A stretch of DNA of 64,000 nt from Selaginella moellendorffii (GCF_000143415.4 NW_003314333.1:372001-436000); one strand, 5' to 3'; shown: positions 24,744-37,912, counted from the stretch's first letter. The notes: generated by a model from the sequence alone, not told the origin. A program made the numbers and translations.

Positions 24744-27700
24744 TCACGCCTCCTCTGATTCAGATTCGGATTGTTCACCTTGAAATAAAATACATTAGAA
24801 ACTTAGTAAAGGAATATTAATGAATCTCACCTTGAACCCGAGTTATGAATGCTCTTGCTGCATCTCTTGCATGGTCTGGCAAGGTGATAGTGGCACTCTA
24901 CTTCCGCATCCAACCATGCACAACATTATCCACCGATATGCTCATGCTGGGATCCCTTGGATTCAGCACCCATCTCTTTTCTAGGCAATCCTTCGTATAT
25001 CCGGAACGTGGCTTGAACCACTCCACAGTTACATTGAAGGAGTTAGTTTCCGCGTCCTCCTCTACATCAGTGATGCAGCGCCCCACCCATATCATTTGTT
25101 TTTTATTACTGGGTCTGACAAGCACGACCATTCCTTTGCAGACCTGTACTGGATTGAATGCTGAATCCGGCTTCTTGTTCCTCGGCCCACAATAGTGATC
25201 CTCAACATCGTTATCTGTCACTGCATTTCCAGAGGACATTGTTCCGCTACTATCTGGTGCTCTGGGTTCTAGCCAAAAGGACTCTTCCAATTCTTCATAT
25301 ACAACCGGCCCATTTTGGATAGCAGATATAATCTTCTCCCAGTATTCGAGCAAAGGCTTGCACCTCTTAAAATAGGATTCTCCACCAAACACCAACCCCC
25401 TCTTCCAGAAGGCAATATGCTGTCTAATCCCGGCCACTATACTTTCCTGGTCTTTGAGTCCATCCGGGTGCATCGGCCGTGGGGAACCCTGAGGAATCAT
25501 AGGTTCCCCAGTTATGGGATCTCTCTTGAAGAGTTCAATGCCGTCCACTGGCAGCCACACTGTGTCCCATTCTCTCATCTTGTACCTCATCACTGGAGCA
25601 CCGTCACGCATGCTGAAATGAAACTGAAGAGGCTTGGAGTGGCCCATCAGCATTTCGGATCCATCCCTCATATAGCCTCTTACAAACCCCTTAAAGTCTG
25701 GAACCTCTGTCACAAGTGCAGCTTCAACAGTGCCTTTGATGCAATTTTGGAATTCATCGTAGAGTTGTGGGAGGGTGAGGACATTGGATCGCCGGAGGGA
25801 CTCTGCCAGGTGACTGAACATGGCATCGACGTCTTCATGAGTGTGCCCAACCATGAGAAAGCCAAGTGTAACCGTTTCAAATATGCCTTTGGCAACAAGC
25901 ATCGCCAAGTACGCGAAGACGTACATGTTTTTGTTCTCACTGCCAGCATTGTCTGTTTTGAGCAGAAGATGGGGTGGAAGGCCACATCGGCCGCAAGAAC
26001 TTCCTTGAGATTCTGCTTCGTTTGGATGAGGCTGTGCATTCACCGGGCAACCAGCCTCGTCGGAATGGCATGAGGCCTCACGTGATAACCCTACAATCTG
26101 ACGGCCAACATATTCACTGGGATGGCATGGGGCCCCACACGATACTGCAAGCCTTTGCTCCTCCTCCAGCTGAACCCTGTATGGGGTTCGATCAATAAGG
26201 GCCTTATGCAAGGGTTGGCCGTTCAGCTCAGTTTGCGCACTTTGCAGAGACCTTAAGTGCTTTGCTAGGGATGCAATCATCATGTTTGCACCCCCGCCAC
26301 CCCATAGAGGTACAAAGAAGTTCCCATAGTTTTGGGCACCATGCCCATGAGCAATTATGCCAAACAGAGACACAGGCAGCTGCATGGATGAAGAGATAGC
26401 CTTGGGGGCAGGATTGAGTTGAGGTAAGCACGTCTTTTTCTGGTCCATTTTGTCGTGGATGATGCAGAGGTAAGAGTCAGGTCTCTCCATGGAGAGAATC
26501 CTGTTATGATAATATGCAGTCCTGCAGCTTCTCTGCTCGATGTTGTGGTCGAGCCGCCTTCTAACCAACGTCTCTCGCTCTTGAGCGCTGCAAGAATTCT
26601 TCGACAAAGCCATTTTGATAGCAGTGCACTCGTCACACTTTGAAAAGCTGGAGTACTTTCCTATACTCACATCCCTGAACCTGTTGCTCCACAATCTACT
26701 AAATCTAGATTGGCTCAGCTTCCTATAGCCATTACTCTGGAGTTCCCGATTCACATCTTGCAATATGGCCCCCTTGGTATACATGGAAGGGAGAACTTGT
26801 TGGGTGTCTCGTGTTCCATCTTCCAAGAGGCGGGTTTTATGTGGTTGCTGCTCGCTACATGTCTCAACAAACCTCTTGAAGATTGCCTCTCCATATACAA
26901 CATGACCCCTGGTTTTGTGCGTACCGTCGTACCCATGGACTGCCTGTTGAACCCTTTGTTCCTCGAACTCAGTTTTGATTCTGTAGAATGTGCTTCGAGG
27001 GACTCCATAAATGATTCTCCATGCCTTCATGCAGACCAAACACCTCTGGAAGACCATGCCCCCCACCTGATGTTCTGAAGCATCAACAGATGACCGTAAT
27101 GCCTCATACACAAAATTGCGAGCTGCCTTCCAGGACAATGTCTTGTATCTTGCTCTCTCCTCTTCAATAGCATCCCAATCAGCATGTTGACAGCACCTCC
27201 TCTTGCAACAAGCAACTGTCGAGACCATTCGAACCTCCATCGCCATTTTTTGCCTTTTCGGTTTGTTGCTCAGATCCCTTTGGCTGCGCTTTAGGAAGGT
27301 GTACTTTCTTTTCCCATGAAGAGATGTTCTGTCATCAGTTGTAGTGGTGTTTGATTGTGAATCCTTCACATTCTCAAACACTAAATGTTTCAATTTCCAC
27401 TGCACAATGCTTCCAATAGTCAGACTGTTTTCTTCTGTGTCAACAACCTCTAAAATCGCAACTCCAATATCATCCCAGCCCAATTCTTGATTAGCAACCG
27501 CATCTCTTGGATCGACAACTGTGGCTAAGCCCTCAGCTACCACCTCCCCCTCGGGGTTGTTTAGAAACACCTTTGCCTGAATCCATGTAGCACGGTTCTT
27601 AAGATCCACGGAGGGAACATGCGTCGCACTTGCACTGTCCCCAACATCTGCTTTCTTCTGCAGATTTTTCAAGGCAACAACAACATTTACCCCGACGACC

Positions 27701-27885
27701 ATCTCTCCTCGTTCAATAGCGACCACATTCCCATCGAAGACAGTCTCTACTGATACAGCAGCATTGCCTTCCCCAAGCCTTTGATAGTGTATAACAAAGT
27801 TCCAATCCATAGACACAAGGGTCCCTTTTGCAACTCTCTTCCCACCATTCAAAATGTAAACCTTTTCCCCAACCCTGAAGGCCAT
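24744..27885 (-). CDS. Sola-like DDE transposase (995-aa ORF, probably extended through a premature stop and a 52-nt intron at 24779-24830)
   Basis: IIHDKMDQKKT, KTDNAGSENKN, FLMVGHTHEDVDAMFS; CCKRRC and KCDEC Cys clusters; duplicated N-terminal VAKG/VAEG...LG...V.V module. Confidence 0.75.
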
Positions 27886-29163
27886 TCTGAAAGTGCAGAA
27901 AAGAAGTTAAGACCATACAAAAAATGATTAGAGAATGGCCTAAATCATAACATACCAAATAGCATGAGGCCACATGCCATTATTCAAACATGCTATTGAC
28001 ACCCACGTGAAATTTCGCATTCACAAAATTGGCATGAGCCCTCATGCCATCTTGATATACACACAGCTGCAGGCAAGTAAAAACATACATGACAATACGC
28101 TAGCCATGAAATTGCAAGGGCCCAAGATGGCATGTGGCCTCATGCCATTTCTAAATGTGGTCCTAAGCCATTCCATGGTGAACATACCAGGAAGCACAAG
28201 TGCCGAATATCAAGAGGAAGCGGTAGCCACACCAAAGACAGTGCCGCTCGCAACACCGCAACTACTCGTAGCGCCGCTCGCAACACCGCAACTGCTCGTA
28301 GCGCCGCTCGCACAAACTGCCACTCGCATAAACTGCCGCTCGCAATGGTGCTCGCAATGCCGCAACCGCTTGTAGACGCATAAACCACAGCTCACAACGC
28401 CGCTTACACAAGCAGCGCTCACTGCGCTCAGTGGAACCAAGAACACGGCACACAAAAATGATAGACCTAGGAATGAGTTCGAGAATTCAAAAATAACACA
28501 CGCTTGAACGTCACATCAAATCCTCTGACAAACCAGATCTTATGATTCCTCTGAAAAATTTCAAACTGAGTAGCTTCTAGACTTTGCTGTCGGACGTTGA
28601 ACTTTGTCACATCATGTCCTTGCCTCGATCCAGCTGTGCCATGTCAGTGATTCGAACTTTGCCATGCCATGTTAGCGATCCGCGCCAAGATTATTCGCCG
28701 TGTAAAGGAATAATTATGCTGTGTGTGTACGTCCATTTATGGCAATATAAGGCCACACGCCATTCAAAGAATAATGCTAGTTGAGCATTTTTTGGTGCAT
28801 TTTTGGGTTCAAAATTGCATGAGCCCACATGCTACAAAGTTTACCTGTACCAAAAATAGAAACAGCTTTATTTACTTGGGAATTTAAGTGGCTGAGGCAT
28901 TTTTAAACTTACAAATACATGCCCTACTTACATTCCTTTGGTTGCTTAAAATTCAAAAATATTATAAACCTTTCTTTTTGCATTTTCAATGTTTTCAATT
29001 ATGGTTTTTGATTTTCGCAGGACCAACTTAGTAATCTACCGTCATGTTTATAGCTAGCTTTCGTTTGTCCCCTTTGCTAGCCTGAGATACATCTGCTCGG
29101 CATCTGCCTCTTACAGCATTTGCCCAGAAAGGGCATCTTTCTTCACGCAGCATTTGCCACATG

Positions 29164-29189
29164 TTTAGGGTTTAGGGTTTAGGGTTTAG
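29164..29189 (+). repeat. Interstitial plant telomeric repeat / telo-box (TTTAGGG)x3.7
   Basis: TTTAGGGTTTAGGGTTTAGGGTTTAG. Confidence 0.85.
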
Positions 29190-30444
29190 CAATTCAGTAG
29201 CTTGATAAACATGCAAATACAGAACTTGATGCAAAATCCTTTGATATGTCACAATGCCCCTAGGACCATAAACACATTTCAATAGAGAGGGTCCTTTCAT
29301 TTCATAACTCCTTACGTAGACCTTGGTGAAACCAGAGTTAGTGAAGTTGGTTTCTTGTGATCCCGCATCTGATTGTGATGTCCCTTTGCAGTGTCGATGG
29401 AAAGGTCAATGCACACCAAACTGTAGAATCTTGGAGCAAAATAACGGTCGGATCTATGGCAAATGCCCCTGAAACATTGTAAGGCTCGTGTGGTCTCATG
29501 TGGTGTCCGATCGAGATGCTTCTTTGTAGGGTCATCAAGAAGGACATTGTATACCATTCTGTAAAATCTAGTTGCGATCTAACGGTTGGATCTCCAAAAA
29601 ACTCAAAACAATCTCGCGTGTGTCAAAATATTCTAGGAACATACTCTTATGTGCCCCTGAAAATGGCATGCGGCCCCACGCCATTCAAGAGATAACGCCA
29701 GATGACGCCGAGCATTTTTTGGTGCATTTTTTTGGATCAAAATTGCATGAGCCCACACGCTTGAATGTCACATCAAATCCTCTGACAATTTATTTAGCTG
29801 AACATTTGGCATTTTTGGAAATACAAAATGCTTTGGAATATCCAATCATGCATGGTATAAATATAGCGAGGGTATTGAATGATATCCCAATCATGATCTT
29901 TCTTTTGGATTTCGCGTGCATGCAGTCCGAGGAATGATGACGTTGCGGATTTCTTTTGGATTTCACGTGCATGCATGCGCGTGGCGATCCAGAAATTAAT
30001 GGTGGCGCCCACGTCCGAGGAATGATGACGTGGCAGGATTACCAACCGTCGTGACATTTCACGCGTGTGAGGTTAGGTTTTGCATTTTGCTTCGTACTCG
30101 CGCTCGCATCGCGCTCTCACTCACGATCACGCTCACATTCGCGCTCATCTACCTTCTCTACAGGTTTCTTGTGTGCATCGGCGTCCACTCGCGCTTGCAT
30201 CACACTCGCGCTCGCATCGTGCTCGTGTGCATCAGCATCCACTTCAAAACACACCCAGTTTGTAACTTCGCCGCCAACTCCGCCGCCCACTCCGCCACCC
30301 ACACGCAGCCCACTTGGTGTCTCGGGAGATTTCAGCGCCACTCTCCAACTGTAAGTGGCAGAGTAGCCTTGCTGCTATGATCCGCTGCACACACAGTGCA
30401 CATTCGCCAGCGAGTCCGGTTGTCACGCCTCCATTCGGCTTCAA

Positions 30445-33400
30445 ATGGTAAGTCTTTTAGGCCAAGTAGAAAATGGCATGAGGCCACATGCCATTCAGTA
30501 GCAACATTGGCATGCACCGATTGGGCTCTCGAGTGCAGTCTGGTTACAGATGGCGTGTAGCCTCACGCCATCTTAGGATGTAGCCTCAAGACATCTGATG
30601 CAGTGGTGAATGGCGTGTGGCCTCACGTTATTTCCAGCTGCTAGCTTTTCATTTGTCAGCTCTAATTGTTGTGCATTTCTGAACAAGCGAGGAATTGCGT
30701 TCTTCTTCCAGCCACTGTCAATGTGGATGCAGAGAAGGGGGAGGAGCTCACCAGTTGGACTTTCGGGATGGAAGACGAGGATTTGAGGCTAAACAACACA
30801 GATGGTGGGAGAAAAGAATGCATGGGGGTCCTCATCCAAGTGACAGACACTCCATGCAATTCCATGCAAGAATATAGACTGGCACTTGTGGTAGAGACAG
30901 CGTCTGCCTTCAAGATCCACCTTGCACATCCTAGCGGCTTCCCGGAGGGGGGCAGCAACTATGAGGAATTCCTAGAGGGAGCTAGGGAGAGGTTGTCCAG
31001 GAGGCCCACAATTTCAAAGACGCTGCGGGTCTATGAAGATCACATGGAATCCACGGACCTCACCTACGGCGATGTTCAAAAACTATATTCCAACATTGAG
31101 CCGTTGAGAGTGCTTCCAGTTCGCAAAGCGAAGGGGAAGGGGGTCGATCTGGAAATTACCCCGAAGCTGAAAAGGGTGGTCAAGCTCAAGCCGACGTCCG
31201 ACTCTCCTCCAAAAAAGAAGCTACTCGGTGATGCCATTGCCTCGGGTTCGAACACTACACCCACCAAAAAGAAGAGCCGCAAAGAGCAGAAAGAGCAAGA
31301 AGGGGCAGCAAAAATCGTCGCAGATAATAGTACTTGTTACTATTCCAACAAAGTATATACAATCAACGTGAGCCGTATCGACATCCAAAGCAAATACAAC
31401 TGCAGGCTAGTATTTGATGAGTGGGTGGAGAAACTGAAGCAGAAGATGCTGGCAAGTCCAGTAACACCCGACATCGCAGACGTGATTCCCTACTACCGAA
31501 CAATGAAGGGTGAAACGAGGTTTCTAGACTTGATCAATAGGAAGGTGTTGGACGATCAGAACATCCGGTTCTATGCCGTCTCCGGGCAGCATTCTAGCTT
31601 GGCAATGCAAGAGATAGTTGTGGATATTATGGTGGGCGAGGAGGTGAAGAAAGTCTTCAAGACAAGAGTTGTCCACCTGATAAAAGGCAACTCGCCCCTC
31701 CGATCTATCATATACATCTCCCATGCGCAGAATGTCAAGTAAGAAACGTGCTACAAATCGGGTCTGCACGAGACATTGGCACGAACACGGAAGCTCTGGG
31801 TTCAACTGAAGAAGCCACAAAAACCAGGACAAGGACGTGCACTAGCAACTAGCGCCTGGCAGGTAAGCCTCGTTGCATGTGGCATAGCATGTGGCCTCAC
31901 GCCATTTCCATTGCAGGAATTCTCGAGTCTTCTCTCGAAAACACTGGGGGTCAATGACACACTCAGCATCCATAACATTCTACTTGCGACAAAAGTTGTT
32001 TTTGACAAATGGGTAGATGTGCTGAGGAGGTACCATGACGGGGAGTTACTAAACTCAATGGGTGTGGAGGACAGCCGGAAGCCCAATGATTTGAAGCTCA
32101 ACGCCTTGCATTTCTCGCGGTCTCTAGACAACGACGACCTTCTGACAGTGGCTAATGCTCTTCTACGTGGTGAGGTAGTCTTCAACAAGACCAAAATGAC
32201 TCCCGGCCATATTGTGACATACGAGGACTTGTGCACAACTCTGAGAGCTCGTGCGCTATTGAAGGATTGGATCTTCGAGCAAGTGGCCGTGGAGAGGGTG
32301 AGCATCGACACCACGCAAGAGATGATGGAAGCGCTGGAGTTGTCAAATGAAGACATCGACGAGTACGTGAAGGGGGCCCCCAAGTTCATCGATCTGCTAC
32401 GGAATGCTACGAAAAGTAAAGGTGAGAAGTTGGATCAGTATCTAAATTTCATTAAGAGTGATGTCGACCGCCGGCTTCAGAAACAGCTCGACCCCGTAGC
32501 AGAGGCCTATCGAGAACCTTACCAGGTATACTTGAATTCGGATGAGGATCAAAGGTGGAGGAGCATCGTTTCCCGTGGAGATGAGCAGGTCAAGAACATC
32601 TTTTGTGTGATGGACTTCACAAACGAGGAGATCACTCATGCAGACGAAGTCAGCTCCATCATTGACTTAATGGTGGGACTTGCGGAGGTGGAATCTTCAG
32701 TCCACTATATGATCTACGACTCTGAATCCTATCACAAGTTCTGGAAGGCCTTGAACGAGGTGAAGGGTCGGTTGAAAGGCAAGGAGATGCGGGAGATCCA
32801 TGGGATAATGGCTAAGAAGAAGATACCGACGAATGTCCGCATCTTCACACTCGCCCTTGTTATTGGTCCTGCAGCAGAGTGGGACTGAAGTGACTTCCCA
32901 GCTTTGTTCGACAAGGCCGATCGAATTGATCTGAGGGAGGTCAATTTACCCGTGCCTGAGGAACTGAAGACGGCTATGGAGCTTTCGAATCCAAAGAAAG
33001 CTCCAGGTGCAGCATGGGAAATGCTCAGCTGGGTCTTCAACGCAATAGCGGGTGGGTCACCTGCTTCCGACTCCAAGGGCAAATGCGTTGTCGAGTACAA
33101 CTGCAGCGGACTATTCTTTTGAGCCACACTACTCAAGGGTGTCCCGTGTGTTGCGGTGACAAACTCCATTGAAGAGGTGACTTCAATGGAGCATATAATT
33201 ACAGTTGCCAAAGAAAAACAGTATCTTCTCTGCGAACCTAGTGAGTACGCACTTTAATTTTAAATGTTATCTCACAAGCTCTGTATGCAGGAGCGTGGCC
33301 ACCCCCAGATGCTGAAACGGCGTTAACAGCTACTGTTGAAGATACCCATGTTGGGCCGAGCTCACAACCTGCACAAGGTAAGGTCACGTGAGGCCTCACG

Positions 33401-36064
33401 CCATTTTGATTATAGATCGTTGTGAATATTCAGACACGAGGACTGAAAAGCGCACTGGTGGTGCGTCGAAGAAGGATAAACAGACAAGCAATAGGAAAAA
33501 AGGAGGTACAAATTATATTTGCAATGGCGTGTGGTCTCATGCCATTCCTTGCAGGAGACACTTCTTCAAAGGCAAAACAGGCAAGCACCAGCCAAGCTCA
33601 AACTGACAGTGGTCATAAAAAGCAAAAGCACATTGGACAGTCGTTGGGATCAGAGGCGTTTGATTCGAAAAGGAAGAAGGGCAACAAAAAGATGATAGGT
33701 AATGCTTCGCGGTTATGGCGTGTGTGCTCATGCCATTCATTGCAGATCAAGGGCTGAGTGAAAGCAGGCAGTCACCACCTCCTGACTCAGATTCCTATGG
33801 CGGACTCCCCTTCCCCAATCTCAATGGAGAGGTACAATGGATGAGGGATGCTTTTCAAGTCAGGGCCACGTTTTTCTCATCTCGTCGTCTTTGAAGGGTG
33901 CAAGAACGTGCAGAAACCATGTTAAGACAGTCGGGTGAGGATACGGTCCTAGGTCACGCACTAAAACAGGCTATGGATGTCTTGTATTTTGAGATGGAGA
34001 CTCGGCCAGATGATTTTCCCAAGATGGTCCTGGAAGAACAAGCCATCCAGCCTGAGCAACCTATGGAAGAAATGCAGGAGGGGGATGAGGAGCCAAAGAA
34101 AGATAATGAACAGGAAGAGCAGAAGGACGAAGAGGAGGACAAAGAAGAGGAGGACGAAGAAGAGGAGGACAAAGAGGACTTGGATGGTCCTCACAATAGT
34201 GACGATCACAATAACGACGACGACGATGATGACGACGATGGCCAGCCTGAGGTGGCCAAAGACCAGCAGAGGAAGGTCATACAAGACAAACCATCAGGTA
34301 AATAATAGTACATCCATTCCTAACCTTTTACCATTTCTAACATTGTCCATGTAGGTCGCAGAGCAAATGGTAAGTAGAGATTATTCAGTTGAATTTACAA
34401 ACTCTAGCCTTTAGTGTCGAGGAAGGATAGTGCCAAGCAAGGGTCGAAACGTATGTCCAATCCTTCAGAATCAGCAGTGCGCCCAAGTGATATCGGTCCT
34501 AGTTCCTCAATAGCAATTGATGGTAAATACAGTATAGTCGATTCAATGTGCTAATGAGTTTGTTTTTAGTAGCACGGGAGGATACCATCTCAATCGAAGG
34601 GAGATATTTGGACATGCATATGGATCCGCCAGTGGACTCTACTTGCCTGCAAGAGTCATCAGAGCTGGTGGAGGCTACTATCCATATCAACGCCAAGCAA
34701 GCTGACCACGCTCCACTTGATGCTGCCCATACCACTGAGTCAATCTTGTCCACGTATCCAACTGACGGTGACCAGGCGCCATTGGACCCGCATGAGGCCG
34801 CCCCAGCCGCCGAGCCGGTCGTATCCTCATTTCCAACGGACTCAACGTGTGCCCAATCGTCTGACTACGCGCCGTTGGAACCTCCCTACACCGCCCCTGC
34901 TGCCTGTTCGGTCATGTCCACTTTGCCAACGGAGGCACCAGCTGAAATGGCGTGTGATCACACGCCATCGGAACCACCCCATGCCACTGTTGAGCCAGTT
35001 GTACCAGAGTCTACAGCTGAAATGGCATGTGCCCACACGCCATCGAATGCGATTGACCCCACATTGTAGAGGAGAGTATTTCCACCCTTCACGTTTCCTC
35101 GACCAAAACCCTTTCAACGACCATCGGGAGCACCATTCGCTAATATTGTAGATGGTAAAATTGACTTGTACCATTTTTTATGCTGACGCATTTCATTTCA
35201 GAGTCACGGCGAAGGTACTGTATCGTTTTTGATCTGAACGGTGTCCTTTTCTCCCATGAGTGTGGCTCATCCTCGAATGTCACTACACCCTCCAAAGCCT
35301 GCGGTCGCAAGTTGGTCAAAAGAGACAGATTCACATTAATCACACGGGAGAAACTGCGGGATCTAATAATGACCATGCGACACTTAAAACAGAGGGCCGG
35401 GTTCAATTTGCAATTGGGAGTTTGGACATCCATGATGCGCCACAATGCATTAACGTTGCTACAGATGATGCACGATCAGACGCGAGTAATATTACCATTT
35501 GACTTTCTCCTAACGCAGGAGGATTGCTTGACTATGGTCCATGTGAGGGGTAGCAAGCCCATCTTCGTCAAGCCAAAGGCTGTAGTGATGAACCGGACTG
35601 CTAGGTCAAGTGAAATCCTCATCATCGATGACTCGCCGATTAAAATTGCAGCGAACACGCACACATATGCAGTGCACCCCATCTCTTGCAGTATGGAAAC
35701 TAGGGAGAAGAAACCGTATGTTCTGGGGGACCTTGCAAAACGGCTTGGAGCGATGGTGATAGAAAACCGGCCAGTCCAGGAGGTGGCTGCAGAAATCAAC
35801 CAAATGGCAGATGGAACGGTATATCAGAAGCCATTTGATCGGACAGACACCAGTCATCATTTATGGCATGTATATTGTCTAGCCAAGCACTATCCGCATC
35901 TCCATAATCTGCTCAACCGGATGGGTTCTTCGACCACTGAACATGAGCGTGGACGTATTAGAGAAGAGATGGCATTACTATTGGGTTTAAATCCTGATAG
36001 TGTGGAGAGTGATGAAATTCCAAGATTATTGTATAGGTGTTGGAGGCAAAAAATAACAGTCTAA
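30445..36064 (+). pseudogene. Large multi-exon cargo gene: ParB-like domain, diverged MTase-like region, acidic linker, FCP1/NIF (HAD) phosphatase-like domain
   Basis: ORFs at 30666, 31776 and 32904 are in one frame separated by single stops. YNCRLV...FYAVSGQHSSLA (ParB-like). GKCVVEYNCSGLFF*ATLLKGVPCVAV. Intron 35155-35201 joins the Pro-rich exon in frame to IVFDLNGVL...VWTS...IIDDSPIK. Start uncertain. Confidence 0.65.
35202..36064 (+). CDS. FCP1/NIF-like HAD phosphatase domain exon
   Basis: DLNGVL (motif I variant), LGVWTSMMRHN, LIIDDSPIKIAAN. Confidence 0.75.
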
Positions 36065-36603
36065 GATGGCATGTATTTATTTAAAAATGTAACTTATTAT
36101 GGCATGGGGTTCCATGCCATTGTATTAATATTAAAAGACAATTCTTTGAGAGGATTTGCATTATACTAGAAGTGTTACAGCATGTTATTGGAAGTCTACG
36201 AAGTTGTTTTATTAATAAGGGGAAAGTAAAGATTGAATGGGGACTTGGGCTCCACCTAGACTCGGAACAACTGAGCCAATATTAAAAGGATGGAAAGAAA
36301 TTGGACGACGATGACAAGGAGAAGAGAGAGGTGAAGAAGTGGCAGGGGGAGGAGAAGTGATTGAGTAGACATTTCCTTGTTTAAAATAAAATGGCATATG
36401 CCTCAATGCAGTTGAATTTTGTTATATTTATATACTATATAAAGGTTTGGAAACCTTATTTTACAAGTGGGATAATGACAATTCCCACTTTAACGAAATA
36501 GAGCTTAAAGGCGTCCTAGGCATGCCAGAGAAGGTAAGAAATCATCTTCTATTTTGGTTGTCTCTAAAGTTTTATTATTCAGGTTATGATGTGGACCTAA
36601 TAT

Positions 36604-36987
36604 GTGTTCTGCAAAAGAGAAAATGACGGTTTTCGTGATAGCGAGCGTGCTGCAAGGGTTTTGCCAGGGTATGATAGCTTTATTGACATCATACCAAATC
36701 TCATAGACAACGACATCCACAACACATTGTCTGGGTATCGGTTCCAATCTCCATTGGCGATGCATGTCCTACTTGAGCTTTATTGCCCAACTAGGGATGT
36801 TGTCATCGATTGCATAGTAGGTAGTGGTTCGATAGTCAAAGCAGCATGTGACTTTGGTAGATTGGTGTTTGCGATTGAAGAATATGATTTCTTCAAACGC
36901 CGTCTTAGAGGTTTTCGTCCTCTCTATCAGTTTCATCTAGGAGGTAATTTATGGTGTTTTAAAAACTTATATCCAATATATATTTAG
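36604..36987 (+). CDS. N4-cytosine/N6-adenine DNA methyltransferase-like SAM-binding segment (exon)
   Basis: LLELYCPTRDVVIDCIVGSGSIVKAACDFGRLVFAIEE matches the beta-class pattern LI...S..GD.VLDPF.GSGTT..AA...GR...G.E; homologous to 55096-55305; catalytic motif IV not located. Confidence 0.65.
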   Translation: MFCKRENDGFRDSERAARVLPGYDSFIDIIPNLIDNDIHNTLSGYRFQSPLAMHVLLELYCPTRDVVIDCIVGSGSIVKAACDFGRLVFAIEEYDFFKRRLRGFRPLYQFHLGGNLWCFKNLYPIYI

Positions 36988-37366
36988 TTTTCTAAAAGTC
37001 TTCCTAGGTATGCATGGCATATCATATGCAATGTGTAAATTGGGGAATGGTATGAAAAATCAATTTTTTAATGATCCATTAAAAGCCAATTGAATGCATC
37101 CCCTTGCAATGAGATAATGATTGTGCCATTGACAGTGTCAGTGCACCAGATAGTGATAGTGATAGTGTCAGTGACAGAGCCAATTTCAGTGTCAGAGATG
37201 CCAGAGTTACAGGGTCAATCTGTCAAATTTCATAATTACTAGTATTAGGAGTTTATTATCTATAGGTAATACAATTTTGTTAATAAAAAAAAGGCCAGAA
37301 GGGGGGGGGGGGGGGGGGGGATGAATAATATCATAGTGTAAGAATTATTAGTAGCTAGAATTTTCA

Positions 37367-37912
37367 TTAGGATGGCCTGAAAATACCATATTCAGCACTT
37401 GTGGATGTAATATTTACTAACGAAATATTGTTCCTCACTATGAAATGAAAAAAGTTATGGGTTTTTAACCCTTTTTTTATTTTCTTAAACATCCATTTAT
37501 GCCCACCTTCCACACCAGTTCTTGAGCAATTGTGACAGTGTTCTAGAAAAGTTTCTAGACCCATACAGCCTTCTATTTTATCTAAATAAAAGTAGCAGAT
37601 GGGACACTAGAGATAATATGTGTTCATTCTTTCAAAAGTTTCAGCCATATCTGGAGCAAGATCTTGAAGAAACATCTGGCATCACTTTTGAAGCATTTGA
37701 GGCAATCCATCTTTAGTAGCAACATCTAGAACATTATCTAGAAGAGGGATCACTTGTTTAGTCACACTTGGGGCTACAAAAGGAAAAGCCTCACAACAAT
37801 TGTTGTGTGGAGGTAAGGGTGGAATGTTGGTAGAAGTTGGAGACAAAGGTGGAGACTCATATAAAATGCATGGGGGCTAAGTGCGAATAGCAATAGCATT
37901 TTTCCTAGCCAT
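37367..37912 (-). pseudogene. Small Cys/His protein, tandem paralog 1
   Basis: GLETFLEHCHNCSRTGVEGGHKWMFKKIKK...SAEYGIFRP is homologous to 38172-38726. Confidence 0.6.

Larger units (their letters stand above)
24570..36410. repeat. Dispersed ~22-bp palindrome ATGGCRTG-N6-CAYGCCAT (about 20 copies)
   Basis: Copies near 24656, 26066, 26122, 27960, 28029, 28127, 29663, 30473, 30550, 30610, 31885, 33387, 33524, 33715, 34947, 35022, 36099. Confidence 0.9.

Noticed and set aside
25315-27078. Antisense ORFs opposite the transposase (and opposite pol and the ParB gene)
   Set aside because: Shadow ORFs of real coding strands with no recognisable motifs
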